DNA of 64,000 nucleotides from Hydrolagus colliei (lineage: Eukaryota): assembly GCA_035084275.1 (NCBI GenBank), contig CM068752.1, positions 2,604,001 through 2,668,000 on the forward strand, given 5' to 3'. The notes beneath the pieces were generated by a model. That model was not told the origin of the DNA and ran no database searches. It saw only the letters and a list, made by a program, of their open reading frames with translations. Shown one piece after another: positions 38,140-55,177 of this stretch (positions are counted from its first letter, which is position 1; each line of letters opens with the position of its first letter). The translations under genes and the position numbers were made by a program.

Positions 38140-39000
38140 GGAGAGAGAGAAAATGCTGAGATGTCAGGGCCAGTGTGGCTGGGAGAGAGAGAGAGAGAGA
38201 GACTGACTGACTGACAGAGAGAAAGAGACTCAGTGAGAGAGGCTCAGTGTGGCTGAGACAGATTCAGAGCTGCCCAGCGACTGGGAGAGACTCAGATTCG
38301 CCCAGTGGCAGAGACTGAGAGCTGCCTAGTGTGTGAGTGACAGAGGCTCAGTGTGGCTGAGAGAGAGAGACTTGAGAGTAGCTCAGTGTGTGTTTTTTCT
38401 CTCTCCCTCCCCTCCCCTCCCTCTGCTATCTCTGAGTGTCTGTCTCCCCAGTGTGAGTGGCTGAGAGCTGCTCGGTGTGATTCTCCTCCCTCTCTGTCTC
38501 CCAGTCTTGAGTGTGAGAGGCTAAGAGCTGCTCAGTGGGTGTGTGTGTGGGAGAGGCCGAGAGTCACTCAGTGCAAGTGTGAGAGGCTCAGTGTGTATGT
38601 GTGTGTCTATCCTCTCTCTGTATCTCTCCCCCAGTGTCTCAGAATGAGTGAGTGAGTGTGTGAGTTACTCAGGGTAAGTGTGAGAGTCGCTCTCCTCTCT
38701 CTGGATCTCTCCCAATGTATCTCAGAGTGAGTGTGAGTTGAGAGAGGCTGAGAGTTGCTCAGTTTGTGCGTGTGTGTGTGTCTACCGCCCTCTCTCTGGA
38801 TCTCTCCCCCACTGTGTCTCAGAGTGAGTGAGGCTGAGAGTTTCTCTCTACGTGTGTGTCTCTTATCCTCTCTGAATCTCTCCCCCCCAACTGTGTCTCA
38901 GAGTGAGTGAGAGGCTGAGAGTTGCCCAGTGTGAGTGAGAGGCTGAGAGTTGCTCAGAGTGAGTGAGTGTGAGAGGCTAAGAGAGAAGAGAGAGAGAGAG
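38140..39000 (+). repeat. Degenerate GA/GT-rich tandem repeat region upstream of STK10 ATG
   Basis: Recurrent GAGAGGCTGAGAG / GCTCAGTGTG / CTCTCTGGATCTCTCCC units. Confidence 0.7.
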
Positions 39001-39096
39001 GAAACCGTGGGTTCTGGTTCCCCTAGTTTCCTGCTGTTGGGAGCTTTATTGGGTGGTGTTGGCTGTGACTGACTGGTTGGGTTGGTTTCCGGTTGA

Positions 39097-40150
<1,054 letters not shown>

Positions 40151-41029
40151 TAAACTCAGCACTAGCTACAACTCCAATTCACACCCATTCCCACCCCCCC
40201 CACTCCCCACAGATCTCCCTCTTTCTCTCTTCAACCCAATTCCTTTGCTCCCTCCTTCCTCCAAACCCTTTCCCCCCCTCTGTTGACCACTTATTGACCA
40301 CGATAAAGCTATTTATTTTTTCGATATGTGTGTGTGTGTAACTTGCTCTAAAATTGCCCATTCTTAGTATCTTTAGTGAAAGGGTGGTGGGGGTGAGAGA
40401 GAAAAACAACTCTCAAAGCAGAAGTGTTGAGATATTGTTGTTGCTGTTGATGCCTCTATGCATTACAGGAAATGAGACACAAGTCAGTTTTAAGTCTGGT
40501 TGTGAGCTAGTGTGAGTTGGTTTGTTTATTGAGGGGCTTTTTCTTCTGGGAGTGGTGTGGACACATTACTGCTGTGTGTTTTAATGGAGGGAACCCACGT
40601 TTCCTTTGACAATAACCTTTCTTTCCTGGTTTGCTGTCTGGCTGAGAGACAACCATGTGAACCGAGAGAGAAAGAGAGACCAGACCAGACATGGTTGCTG
40701 GGATAGGGCAAGACGGTTTGAGCAGAAATGGAAGAACTAATGGCTTAAAAACTGTGTGTACTTTGGTCCCAGACACTTCATGTGAACAGTAATGACGAGG
40801 GTGTTGGTGGGGACCATTGGGTAATGGGTCTCCCACCCCACACAGTGAGCTTTGGATCACTGTGTGAACTCAGCATTAGTCACTGCCTAGGGCTATGAGC
40901 AACCCAGTAGGCAATGTAAACACACAGCAATCAAGAGATGGCAGGCCAGTTGTTCAAGTTTAAATATGGCATCTATCGGGAGAGTTGCGTTGAATCATTT
41001 TGGCGAAAAGTTTTCCTGTGATCCAATAA

Positions 41030-41360
41030 AACTGGCCACTTCGCCTGGCTCTAATGGCTTTCCCACCTCCCATCCCCCCAGTGAGTTAAAAATCCACACC
41101 TTCAAGGCCCTCTCCGTGGCTTGGCTCCTTCCTATCTCAGTTTCCCGCTAAGCCCACGTCGACCTCTCCGCTCAGCGAGCCGCGGCATGCTCCACCATCG
41201 GAGGTCGGGCCCTCAGCCTCACTGCCCCCATCCTTGGGAACTCCCAGCCCACATTCCCTACGCCTCGCTCCTTCGGGCTTGCTTCAAGGCAAGCCTCGGG
41301 GCTCTCCTCTTCATCTGTGCCGTCGGCCACCGTCCTACCCTCCACCTTCCCCGATCCCAA
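41030..41360 (+). mobile_element. L2 fragment
   Basis: Decayed TFKAL..LAPSYL motif and ORF2 end. Confidence 0.65.
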
Positions 41361-41709
41361 CAGCGACAACAACAAAATTACTCTTACAGAGCGCCTTTCG
41401 CGTCGGGAGGATGTCCCAAGGCACTGATCAGTAATCCACCTGCTCGGGACCAAATCCCGGACTGTCCAGCCATGAGAGGCACTATACAAATACACGTTTG
41501 TACTGTAGAGAAATTAATCTTGTAATCGTAAATGTTTATTTTTTGGTGGTAGTTTTTTTTGGAGGAGGGCACCTGTGACTCAATACATCAAACAACAACA
41601 AATTACATTTGTATACACTACCATCACTGAATCATTGCACGTTTGTACTTAGTGTCTATTGTGAACGGAACCATTCCCGAGTCACCTATGAACATAGAAG
41701 TTCAGGACA

Positions 41710-42064
41710 AAATAATAATCATACTTGCACTTGAAATAGCGCCTTATCACGTCTTTCAGACGCCTCAAAGTGCTTCACGGAATATACTGTGATGTGAATT
41801 GACTATATTTTGTGGCCGAAATGAGGCAGCCAAATGTCCCACAAACAATCCTGGATGGAGTGACCAATTAGTATTTTTTTCCTCGATTATTATCCGAGGA
41901 AAAGCCATCCACCAATCGACTAACAACCAGGTTCCTACTTACCGCTGGGTAAACAGAGGCGTGTGGAGTAAGTAAACTTGCCTAAGGTTTCGCCCTATTG
42001 GGAATCGAACCCAGGTTCTCTTGCTTGTGAAGCAAGTACTCAAACCGCTCAGCTACAGGACTCC
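41710..42064 (-). mobile_element. tRNA-derived SINE, long subfamily
   Basis: Contains CCAATCGACTAACAACCAGGTTCCTACTTACCGCTGGGTAAACAGAGG insert; head at right end. Confidence 0.85.
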
Positions 42065-44363
42065 GCAGATGCCTTGAACACGAAGTCCCCGGTGCACGTG
42101 TGTGTTTTGCTGGTGAATTCAATCAGGATGTTTAATAGAAGTGGGTTTCTAATATGAAAGTAACACATTTTTTTCCTGTAAACCTCTCTCTGCTAAGTTA
42201 ATGAATTCACATGTAAACAGGATGCCAGACACTTAGCAGCCTCGATCTCAGCTCATTGGCGTGATCAAGGATGAAACTTTTGACCTTTCTCTTTCGGCTT
42301 ATTGTTGGATGAACCACGCAAAACATCCCTTAAACCAATTACTGGAAGATCAGAAACGTCGAGATGAACTAGAGTGCTTGAAACGTGCGGAGAGTGGACG
42401 AAAATGACATTGTCAGAAGTCCTGTGGGTGATCACTTTGGTGAATTTTTTAAAAATGATTTGATAAGGAAGCGTTTGTGTGTTACACCTACTGTACCTGC
42501 CCCATTGTGTCTATGGGAGGTTCTTGTAGCCAGACGTCATGGGAGAAGCTGCTGTCCTCACTGTGGCTTTGTGCAGGAAGGTGTACATGCATGTGGGATC
42601 ACGCCAGGAAAGGGCTGGGGCATGTTTTTAAGACAGACGTCAGTGTCTTTTAATTCCTAACTATTTGCCCTGTCTATTTGCAGTGTTCTCAAAGCCTGAT
42701 TAGATCTTTCTTTTAAGCTAATGCTGCAGTTCCTCCCAGCACCTTGGCTTATTGGCATGGGAGAGGGGGAGGAGAGAGAAATAATAATATAATAATAATC
42801 CTTGCATTTGATGTAGCGCTTTTCACATCTTATCGACGTCTGAAAGCGTTGTGGGGTAAGGAAATGTGCCCAAGGTTTCGCCCTGCCTGGAATTGAACTC
42901 AAGTCTCTTGCTTGATCAGCAATCCAAAAGTGACTGTTGTGGATTTGATTAAACATAACTGAAGCTGCTCTTCTCCCCTCGACCCCCCCCCCCCACCTCC
43001 GCCCTCCACCCCCCGCCTCACAAATTGCGAAGATTCCAGTTTAAATTTGTCAGCAAACATTTCACGAGACAACGACTTTTGACTAGGAGCCGTTTGACGC
43101 ATAATAAACCTCGTATTTCTGTGTGTATATATCAGAGTGTATATTTCTGTGTGTATATTCGAACAACTTCAAGCTTCCTCTGGCAGTGGCACAAAGTGTA
43201 TTTGACCTGTGCTGCGTAGGAAAAGTTACCAAAGAGACTTGACGATATCGTGGCTCTGGGTAGATTATTAATGTGAAGTGATACAAGCTTTTAACATTGG
43301 CAAGTCATCCCCCATTATTTAAACACAGCCGGTTCCCATAAGCTTAGCTCATTGTTAAGTTACAGATGCAATATGCTGTTAATTATACCAATATGGTCTG
43401 TGTACAATGCAGTTTCAAGGTGGGGCTTCAAGTTTTCTTCTGGTTTGTCTTAAAAGTGCGTTGAACGGAAGTAGCAGAACTAACGGATTCAAAACTATGG
43501 CCAGTTTGCTGTCTGTCTGGCTGTGAGGCCTGAACCTTAAGAAAAATGCCAACTTGTTCTGTTTACCAATGGGTTGGAATGTAACGCTTTCATTTACTGA
43601 TGGTAATTTCGGTGGAAAAAATAAACAATCTTTGAAGAACTTTAGTTCACACCTACCGTCACGGGGAAATGTGTGACTTTCTAAAAACACGTAATTTTTC
43701 TGTGCAGCAAATTGTTCCTGTGCAATACATCCTGTTAAACTAACTGTAGTTGAGGTGCTAAATGTATAATCCAGGTCAGAGAGTGAGACCATGTACATTT
43801 AATTTGGGCCTCGAAAGCCTGTTTTCAGTTTCATATTCGTGTAGCTCTACCCTGTGTGGGTGTTGCTTTGCATTGTGTCTCGTTTCTGTTAATATAATCT
43901 GCCATCAAAATGCCTTTCCTGTTTCTTAAAACCAGTGGCATTTTTCTGAGAAATACGCAATGTATGAATTGTGGGGCCAGGATGCTCGCATTACTTTCTG
44001 GGTGAATCGCATGAAGTGCAATGAACCATGGTGATGGACAAGGGGAGGAATTGCACGATCAAAACGTTGGCTGAGACGCGATGTGCAAGTTTTTGGTTGA
44101 AAGTTTATTTACCGGCCGATTTGTTTTCAAACTGAATGAAGCGCCACAATTGATAGCTCCTCAATTTCCAGAAGGCCTTTGATCACACCGTAATCCATTG
44201 TTGTCGCTGATCAGTGGACGTCATTACACAAGATGTTATATAAAATGGAATTTTTAAAAAAATCCTTGCATTTGATCTAGTGCTTTTCATGTCTTCTAGA
44301 TGTCTCTCTATTCTGTGAAGCGCTTTGAAACATCTAGAAGACTTGAAAAGCGCTATATCAAAC

Positions 44364-44680
44364 ATAATAATAATAAATGATCCTTGCATTTGGTATAGCG
44401 CTTTTCACGTCTTCTAGACTGTGTCTTAAAGCACTCACGGAATATACTGTAAAGTGAATTGACTGTATATTTGTGGGCGAAACATGGCAGCCAATTGCGC
44501 ACAGCAGTGTCCCACAAACAGCCGTGAATTGAACGGACCAATTTATCATCGTTTATTTTTGACTGATTATTATTAGGAAGTAAGGAAACTATCCCAAGGT
44601 TTCACCCTGACCTGCTTGGATTCGAACATAGGTCTCAGACTTGTAAAGCGAGTGCTCTAACCACTGAGCTACAGGACTCC
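44364..44680 (-). mobile_element. tRNA-derived SINE
   Basis: Full reverse copy. Confidence 0.85.
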
Positions 44681-44825
44681 TTTCCATCTCTGCTGAAGAA
44701 AACAGAGTAACTCATGCAAGGTTGTTGTGCTGAGGTCAAGTTTGGCATCATTTCCGGCCTAAAATGCCACCAGGGTTCATTTCATTCCCTGGAAAGACCT
44801 CACAATTCGAACCTTGCTTTTTGCA

Positions 44826-44992
44826 TAATAAATTGGTCCCCAAGTTTGTGGGACACTGCTGTGAGCAATTGGCTGCTGCGTTTTGCTCACAAAATATACA
44901 GTCAATTCACTTTACAGGAATATTCTGTGAAGCACTTTGAGACGTCTCGAAGACATGATAAGGTTCTATATCAAACTATTGATATTATTATT
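44826..44992 (+). mobile_element. SINE 3' half
   Basis: GTTTGTGGGACACTGCTGTG..GCACTTTGAGACGTCT body. Confidence 0.8.
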
Positions 44993-45149
44993 CTCCTCAC
45001 TAATTATTTCTGTTCTCCTCAAATAAAAGCTGGAAAGGTTTGTTTGAGTGGCTGAGATTTGCTGACTGTAAATGAAGGATGATTGCCAATGTGAATGCAG
45101 TAAGAGTCCAGATGTCAAATGAAAGAAAGTTGTCTGTCATTAATGTTGA

Positions 45150-45695
<546 letters not shown>

Positions 45696-48600
45696 TGAAT
45701 CCAACTGCAGTTGCAAGGCGCCTGTTTTGACTGCCTTCAGCTCTAACCTCTCTGGAGACGATTGGCACAAGTAATAAGCCTAATGCTATTATATTATAGG
45801 CTCGTACTCCTCCGTCACACTGACCCAGAACATGACTGCTGTACTTTGAAGTCTGTGACTGATACTGTCGCCAGTTGCTAAATGTTTGGGCAGAAACATT
45901 TTTGATCTATGCCCAATATAAACCCAGTTTGACGAGAAGGATTTTTGAAGGGCTTTTGTTACCTATAATCTTATATTTTTTAATGTTTTTTTGACAGTAA
46001 TTTTAATAATAATAATCCTTGGATTATATATTTCCTTATCACGCCTTTGAGATATTGCTCAGCGTTTCACAGAATGTACTGTAAAGGGAATTAACTGTAT
46101 GTTTTGTGGGTGAATATAAAGAAAGTTAAGCTCTTAGTTACAGTGGTTTCTGTTTGCGGGAGGTTTTTGGGTTCCGTCAAAGTATTCTCTCGGGATTAGA
46201 CACTGACCAATGTTTCAGGGTCCAAATACTGCCTGATAACTTTACTCCTGTGTACACCAAACAATGTTTCTCACGTGTAGTGTAAAGGCCACCGACTCTG
46301 ATTATCCACAACTCCCCTGATAAGTTTGTGATGTAAACAAACGCCGAATGACATTCCACATTAGAGCCAATAGGCTTCCAGCATACGATTATGGCATTGG
46401 CGGCGCTTGATAATGTACGCATATATGGAAAGCTGTAAACTTGGCTCTAGAATTGGTGGCACAATGCTGTGTTTATGACTCAGCAGTAAAATCTTTCTCT
46501 TTGTGTGATTAACGGTTTCAGTCCCAAGGCGTTGGACAGTCAAGGGTTTCCACCCGGACTGGGGGGTCAGAATTCAGTGGGTGGAGGCCAAAGGGGGCTG
46601 GGGATGGGAGGGTGCCTAAAGGCGTGGTCAAAGAGGAAAGTCTCAAAAGTGGCCTTGAAAGAGGTCAGCAAGTGGGCGAGGGGAAGGGGTTCCAGGATGG
46701 AGTTTCAGAGGGTGGGTAGAGAGGGGGAGAGAGGAACTGTAGCTGTTTCTTTCCCCGCCTCATCATTCTTTGCTCTCCTGTCTCAAATCAATTCGAATTT
46801 GAAGTGGGCGTTTCTCCCAATACCATACGCTACTCTCACAGAAAGTGACATTAAGGAGAAGTGACATCACCCGGGGGTCATTGTTGAGAAACAATTACTG
46901 TTGAGTATGTTTGCGCCATTGATTAACATGAAATGTTTGGGTGGGATCACAAAATTGAAGCACAAAGGCTGCTAAAGATACCCAAGTGAAAGCCAAAAAT
47001 GGGAACTGTTCTGAGACTGAATTACTCAGGAGAAAACAAAGAGGATTTTATCTTGAAAGTTGCCAATGCCTGCAAATACGATGTCTGGTTTTCCTTCAGT
47101 TACAGAAGCTCAAATGTGGCTTTTAGTAACTCAGTGCTGCGCAGAGCGAGAATTACATTGCAAGAACTCACTGGTCCCCTATCCCTTCTAGCGAAGGAAT
47201 CATTTATTCCATAAGAATTTAAAAGCAATGGTCCTGGAAAAGCTCTTGAAAAGCACATTGCAAGTAGATACAGATTATTGTGTTTGCGTTCCGATAAGCT
47301 TCGCTGTGGTTCATCACATCAATGTTTATAGGACATTGGCTTAAATATTTCAGCATTAAATTTGACGTACACTTTTGGGGGCTTTAGAAAAATCTTAACC
47401 GAGTGCAATTTGGCACGTTTGGAGGTTTGAAACAGGGGCAGATCAAGGGAAGCACGAGTGGAAGAAATGTCACAAAATGCCCCCTTTCCAGTTTGTCATA
47501 CACAGTGCAATATTTTGCAGAAATACTGTAGATGCAAGTTGCATGTAAATGTCAGTGCAAACTGCAGTAGGCTGGGAAAGTAGGCTGTATAATTGCCAGG
47601 TGTTGCATGTGGTGCTTTTCATTTGGGTACAAATAAACAGAGCCTTTGTGTTGGGATTTAATAGGTCTATCTGAGGAACCAACTCACTGCTATTTTCTTT
47701 ACTAGGAAAGTAACCTGAGGGAGATGGCTTTAATTATTAATAATAATCCTTGCATTTGATATTGCGCCGTATCACATCTTTGAGGCGTCACAAAGAGCTT
47801 CACAGAATATACAGTACTGTCAAGTGGATTGACTGTACTGTACTGTGTATTTTGTGGACGAAACGCGGCAGCCAATTGTGCACGGCAGATTTATGAGCAA
47901 TCTGAGCTGGGGATGTAGTTAGAATATGGAGTACAGCAGGCGTTCTTTGTCCACATGTTGTACTGTAGAGCAGTATTTCAACTTTCAGTCGCTAATTAGC
48001 AAACTGCTGTGTGCTGATAAACAGGATGTTGGGCAACTAGTTTCTACTTTGCTATAACGTGAGATGAAGCTTTCTCCGCTGTCCAGCAGGGTCTGGCGGT
48101 GGTGAGAAGCGGAAGCTCATCGTTTGTTCTGCATTTTAGGAATCAATTAGCAATTACTTTTGTCAAATCTAAACTGTTATTAAAGACAATGCTGCAGAGT
48201 TTGAAATCGATGCACGAAAATCATTAATATGTTACAAGGATGTGCTACTAATCATACTGATTAATAAGAAAGCAATTTGAGACTTCTCAAACAACAACAA
48301 CAACAAAATTACATTTATAGAGCGCCTTTCACGCCGGGAAGACGTCCCAAGGCGCTGGTGTGATTAGGCAACTATTATTATTATTAAATTGTGTCGTTTG
48401 TTGATCATCTCAGTCCTTGCCATTCACTATTCCTGTTTGGCAGATGTACGCACTCCAGCAGTTAATTGGAAGCTGCTCCAAGGGTTCCTTTTTTATGATA
48501 AATTAAGATACACATGGCGTTCCTGTATAAATAAATGTGTATCAAATATCAACTCTTGTGCGTTACCTTCCAAAGCCAGAGGAGATGATTTCAGCAAGTC

Positions 48601-48904
48601 CTAAAAGGGTTGGAAGTTTCTGAACACTTCCACAAATAGCTGTATCCACACTTGTAACATCCTTGTACATCTTGGCCTAGTTTTTTTGGGGTAAGATATT
48701 GGTTCAATTTTTGTTTCTTCAACACTTGATTTCACTGTGGAAACCTTGCAACTTGCTGGTCAAATGGCTGTTCAACAACAACAGCAACTTGCACTTGTAG
48801 GCATGGTCAAATAGGAAAGGGACAAGGCGGAGGGATAGAGAAAGAGAGGTAGGGAGGTGCCAGGGCATGAAAGGGTTTGAAAATAAATGCGAGCATCTTG
48901 AAAT

Positions 48905-49332
48905 CTTCCTTGCCAGACTGCACTGGCTCCCTGTCTCGCAGAGGATCGATTTCAAGATCCTCACTCTTGTTTTCTAATCCCTCCACTCCTCTGCACCCCT
49001 CTACCTCTCTGACCTCCTCTCTCCTCACAACAGTATCTGTTGCCTTCGCTCTACAAGGACTGGCCTCCTCCGTGTCCCCTGAATCCTCCGCTCTACTATC
49101 GGCAGCCGTGCCTTCAGCCACTATGCCCTGAGGCTCTGGAACTCCCTTCCTCACTCCCTTTGGCTCGCCCCCTCTCTTCCTATTTTCAGGTCTCGGCTTA
49201 AGACCGTTCTTTTTGACCTTGCTTTCGGTCACGTTTTTTCCCCCTGGCTCGGCCAAGAGATCTGTTATTGGGAAGCGCTCCGAGACGCCGTCCAGCGTGG
49301 AGGGCGCTGTATAAATCCAAATTGTTGTTGTT
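48905..49332 (+). mobile_element. L2 3' fragment (second subfamily)
   Basis: LARLHWLPVSQRIDFKILTLV motif; hairpin AGCGCTCCGAGACG..CGTGGAGGGCGCT; (GTT)n tail. Confidence 0.85.
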
Positions 49333-49488
49333 GAAATGATTGTTCGTAGCTTTTCATCTGGTTGCTGCCCCCATCTCAGCTCAGATGTCCGGTCAGCAAT
49401 ATACTGTAAAGCACTTTAAAACCAATGTGTCAAGCACAATATAAATGTAAATCGTTTAACTCTTGCTTTTTATTCTCTTCTCTTAAAG

Positions 49489-49537
49489 ATTATGATTGAG
49501 TTTTGTGCTGGCGGTGCAGTGGATGCAACAATGCTGG
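49489..49537 (+). CDS. STK10: STK10 coding exon 3
   Basis: IMIEFCAGGAVDATML; 49 nt; aaag acceptor, gtaggt donor. Confidence 0.95.
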
Positions 49538-49730
49538 GTAGGTCTCTGTCTTTCTTCTCTGTAAACATTTTAGAAATAAATAAAAGCTTATGTAATTGTG
49601 TAACAGCAAAATTATTTGTCTTCAGCGCCTTTCACTTCGGGAGAACGTCCCAAGGCGCTGAAAATGTTAATGTGGGAATGTTAATAATCTACATGGACAT
49701 TCTACTGGAACCCGAATGCTTAATGTATAA

Positions 49731-50003
<273 letters not shown>

Positions 50004-52332
50004 TAGTGGACTTCACGTCAGAAAGTTGTCCCAAGGTGCTGGACAGTCAGGAGGTTTTGGACCTGAGCTGGGAGTGGGGGCCAGTGGGGATGGGAGGGTG
50101 TCCAAAGGGGTAATTTTGTTGTTGTCTATGTGAGAGGAAACAAATGCTAGAAGAATAGAATTTTTTTTTGTAATATCTTCACTATATCACATGCAAGGAT
50201 TATTATTATATGGTTCTCCAGACGATATATACCTCTGTTTTGCTATTCAGATTTGTTCGTGGATTCTAACCCCCCTTACATACTGCTGGGTGACACTATT
50301 ACTCTGTGCATTCTCTCTGTGCATGACACCGCACACTCACACAGAGGTGTTGTAGAGCCTATATTTTGGGGAACTATTCTAATATTTAACAAAGAAACCC
50401 CAAATGAAAATTATGTAAATGCTCAATCTTTTGCCATTTTTTCAAGTTTCATACTGTAATAGCCTTTTATTGTTGGAGTTGATAAGCATATGGGCGTTTC
50501 TTGCGAATGTTAGCAAGAGATGTTAACAGTGCAATCACCCAGGGTTTGTCCACTCGCTCACTGTCTTATTGGTGTATTTATAGTGCTCTGAATTGCTTGG
50601 TGGGGCATGTTATCTTAGCTCATGCATGGAAAAACAAGATTCAAGATCAAGAGATTTGGTCAACCAGAAGCTGAATGGTGAACCAATTTTTCTCTCTCAG
50701 CAGAAATTTACAATATCAATTTAAAAAGAGGAAGAACGAAAATTAGAGAGCAATTTAATTTAATTTTTAAAAAATTCTACATTGCATCAATTCCGAGTGG
50801 CCACGGTCTAAACAAAAGTTAGGTCTTTTTTTTCCCCTGAAACTGACATTTTATTTGAGACTTGTCCGTTTCCCAATTTTAAATTGTTCTGTGTTTTTAG
50901 AAAGCTGTAGTGCGTTTTGAAAGTGTTCTCACACATGCAGTAAGAAAGGTGAGATTGTTTAAACTTAATCCAACTTTACCAGAGGAAAGTACAACAACGA
51001 CTTACTCTTATATAGTGTCCTCCACACAGGATAATGTCTCAGAGCGTTTGGCGGTGGCGGAGCCTGACTCTGAGCTCGGAGGGTGGGGGTAGATGACCGT
51101 AGTAAACAAGGTATAAAAGGAACGTTTTCAATCAGGACTCAAAAGGGGGTAAAGAGGGGGCAAGGTGGAGGGATTGAGGGTGAATGTAACTGCAGTATTA
51201 AGGGTGTACATAAAGATCTAATTATCATTTCTACACTGCTATAGTAAGCAAAGCAATGTTTAAACAACTCTACTAAATTGTGGACGCTACTAAATTCATT
51301 CCCTTACATAATTATTTGTTCGGATGTCGATCTTACAACATTTCCTGGGAGTTTCCTGTTTCAGTAAAGTTGCAACATTGCTGAAACAGTGGTTGAGGGC
51401 CAGCCTTTATGATGGCAGGAAATGGACTGAACTTATTTAAACCTCAACAGAAATCGTATAAAGTATTTTCCGTGCCCTATTTATGCGGGGGGGTGGGGGG
51501 AGGAATGGAGGTTGAAATGGTAAAGCCTTTTAGCCAAATGGCCTTCTATGCTAAAAGATTCTATTTCTACAATCGCCAAATTTTGACTCATGTTCACAGA
51601 GGATTGCAGATAAATCCCAATTTTAAAAAAAATTACCGATAATTACTGCGCAAACTTAAAATAGCGACGTTAAGACTGAGGATGGACGCTGCATAAGAAT
51701 ACCTATGCTACCCAAAGTACAGTAGTTCATTTCCACCCGCTGGCGAACGATATAATAGTGAATGTTGTGACATTAAATGGATAAATGATCCCTATTTTTC
51801 AGCAATATGATAACGAAACAACGTTGACTGAAGAAAGGTTAAGCGAGGTCTATCTGTAGTGGATATTTACCAAAACTTCACATGATTAAAGGCTCAGAGC
51901 TTTTTGCTTCCACAAATATCTTAACTTCAGAATCCGAGCCACCTTGACGGATTAATTGTTACTGTTGCCGATTTGTTGAATAACAAGATGATTACTTTAT
52001 TCTTGGAAGCCTTCAGATAAGCAAACAAAATCCCGTGGTGATAAGTTGCCAGTTATCACTATTCCTATCTCGCCATTCTTGCGAAGGAGTGCAGAACCTT
52101 TGTGTTTCGAAACTATTTATTATGACAAAACTGAGATGTGTTCAAGGTTAAAGTAGCACAAAGTTATTGTTGTCTCACTGGTTACATGAAAGCAAGCACA
52201 CTGACCATTCTCCTTATTGCTAATCAGATCGTGGGTTGCAATGCTTTTTTCCTGTTCTGTTCATGACAGATCAGGAGGTGGGGAACAAACTTGAAATCTT
52301 TCCCAAATTCCCTGCAATGGCTCGAATGGTAA

Positions 52333-52425
<93 letters not shown>

Positions 52426-52935
52426 TAAGCCGACATTGACGTGGAACCCTGAGGTTAGGGCAAGCTTGGGTTTGTGATTTCTCCCGCGGCCACTGAGACT
52501 TTTCTAACATGTGCTGAGGCATGAGGCATGAGGGTTTGTTAGAACACAAAGATACCAATGATGGGAAGTTGTAGCTGTCGACTTGACGTTGGAAAGCAGT
52601 GGAGATTCTTCGACAACTTGCACGCAGGCAATTTGCCACAAAAAACCTAGAATACAAAATTACACTTGCACAGCGCCTTTCACATCGGGAAGGTGCTGGA
52701 TAGTCAGGTATGGGGAGAGGGTGGGGGTGGAGGTGTTGGTGGAGGGCAGGGAAAGGAAAGCGGCTGGAGAGAAGCGCCTTGAGGCTTGCCTTGAAGGAGG
52801 CAAAGAGAGAAGGAAATGTGGGATGGAGGGAGGGATGGAGTTCCACAGAGGAGATCATTGGTGATTGAATCACTACAAGATTGAAGGCAAGATTCATATG
52901 TTTTTCTTCTGTAAACACACTATTTTTCTCAATGA

Positions 52936-53142
<207 letters not shown>

Positions 53143-53609
53143 TAAGAGCTGAATTTCTCCAGAGAGAGGAAAATAAACTGCAAAACCTTTGAAAAGCCAT
53201 TCATTTTGTTTGCTAATGCCAACAATTCAATACAATTTTCACTGGGTTTCATATTCTGATCGTACGGCACTATGTAATTGGCTCAAACTCTGAGCCCCCC
53301 ACCCCTTCAATGTTTTGTGTAATTGCATTAGGAAAGGTAATATCTGGATGTTTTGCTGTTCTGTCTCTCTCTTCCCTCTCCACCCCACCCTTCTCCCAAA
53401 CGTGACATAACTTCATATCAGTTGAACAACATTTTTTTTTAAATGATCTGCTTTGTTTGAAGTGGTTTTGCTAGTTATCTGTGACGGTACTTTGAAGTCT
53501 TTTTTTCTCTTATTTGTCTTCATTCCTTTGATTCAGTCGATTACTGTGATTGAATTCGTGGATCGAAACTGCTCTTTAAGCCTTTGGGAAACGCTTGTAT
53601 CTTCTCCAG

Positions 53610-53691
53610 GTCTAAAGACTTTAAAGATTTCCTCAAGCAAGTGCTGGATAAGAATCCAGAAACCCGTTTAAATGCGAGTCAGCTGTTGGAG
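53610..53691 (+). CDS. STK10: STK10 coding exon 7
   Basis: SKDFKDFLKQVLDKNPETRLNASQLLE; 82 nt. Confidence 0.95.
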
Positions 53692-55177
53692 GTAAGACGT
53701 TTGTGATGGTAATTCTGCTCAAATCCAAATGAAAGTATTTTAAAATGAAGGCAGATTGCTCTCTTCATTGAAATGAATATCTGGCAGAAAAAACAATCTG
53801 GGAGCAAACTAATCAGTTGACTTGATTAGAACTAAATCCTCGCTCTATTTGTTAACCATAAGATTTTCACCAGTTGCTGAACATTTGGGGGGCAAAATAC
53901 CTCCAACTAGTAGTGACTACTTTTGTGTAGACCTTATCTGAGCTTTCGCAAACATTATTTTCCAAGTAAATAAGACTGTTTTCAATAATCTGCTTCAGAT
54001 TTAAGTGGATGAAGTCAGACAGTGAAATATGCCATGCTAAACTGTTTAGAAATGTCTGCTGATGAACCCTGAAGGGAGTTTTAATACTTCCCATGTGCAA
54101 CGTCAGATGGAATCCGACATCTGTGGTAATGTGATGGTAGCTGTTAAACAATGAGATGTCTGTACAGTTAACTGCCGGCAATCAGATAAGAGGAGGAAGA
54201 CTTGTGTAAACGTGATCCTCCAACGATTAGCACTATTCCTACATATGGTTTATAGCAACCAAGAAAATATTTTCTTTCTGTATAGAACAGTTTGGCTAAA
54301 TAATAATAATCATCCTTGTGTTTGATATAGCACTTTTCACATCTTATCAACGTCTCAGAGCGCTTCAGAGAATAGACTGTAAAGTGAACTGACTGTATGT
54401 ATTTGTGGGTGAAAATTTCTGTATATTTTGGAAAATAACAGATTCGGGCACTTAAGGTTTGGCTATACTCAACTGTCATGAATAATATCCATCATCAAAC
54501 TCATTGAAAAGGTCGACCTTGTATGCTCTTTATAATGTGCTTTTTAAGAGTGCCTGAAGTGTTGACAAAATACACTTGACTTGGATCCATCGCGATCGGC
54601 GAGCTCTGATTTTTGGTTCTACTGGAATGTTGTTCCCACTCATTAGTATTTGACTTTATTATGGAATTAGGTTTCGTAGTTGGGATTGAATAATGTGATT
54701 GCTTGGAGAACACAATGTTCTTTATTCAGCAATATTCAAACTCATTATAATACAAATGCTGCTGAAAGTGTTTACTGTGGTCTTTTGTTGCTACCACATT
54801 CAGTTAATCACATGCAATATCCTTTAGCTTTGCATTGTACAGTGATATAGTTAATATGATGGGAGTCCTGGTGAATTCCTTCAAAACATTTGATGGTGTC
54901 AATGAATAAATACCAATCAGAGACACAATATTTCATCTGTTGTGGTTGTGTTCTTCTCCCCCCCCTCACCCCCCACGCACCACCACCACCACCCACCGCT
55001 ACTTAAAATGAGAGACATAATTAACAAAAACTACAACAAAATTACACTTGTGTAGCTCCTTTCATGTCGGGGGGATGTCCCAAGGCGCTGGGACATGACT
55101 GAAAAATGAAGTGGAACAGGCTCCCAATGTTTAAATGAATTGTGTTGTCAGCTGTTCAATCTTTCTCGTTTGAACAG

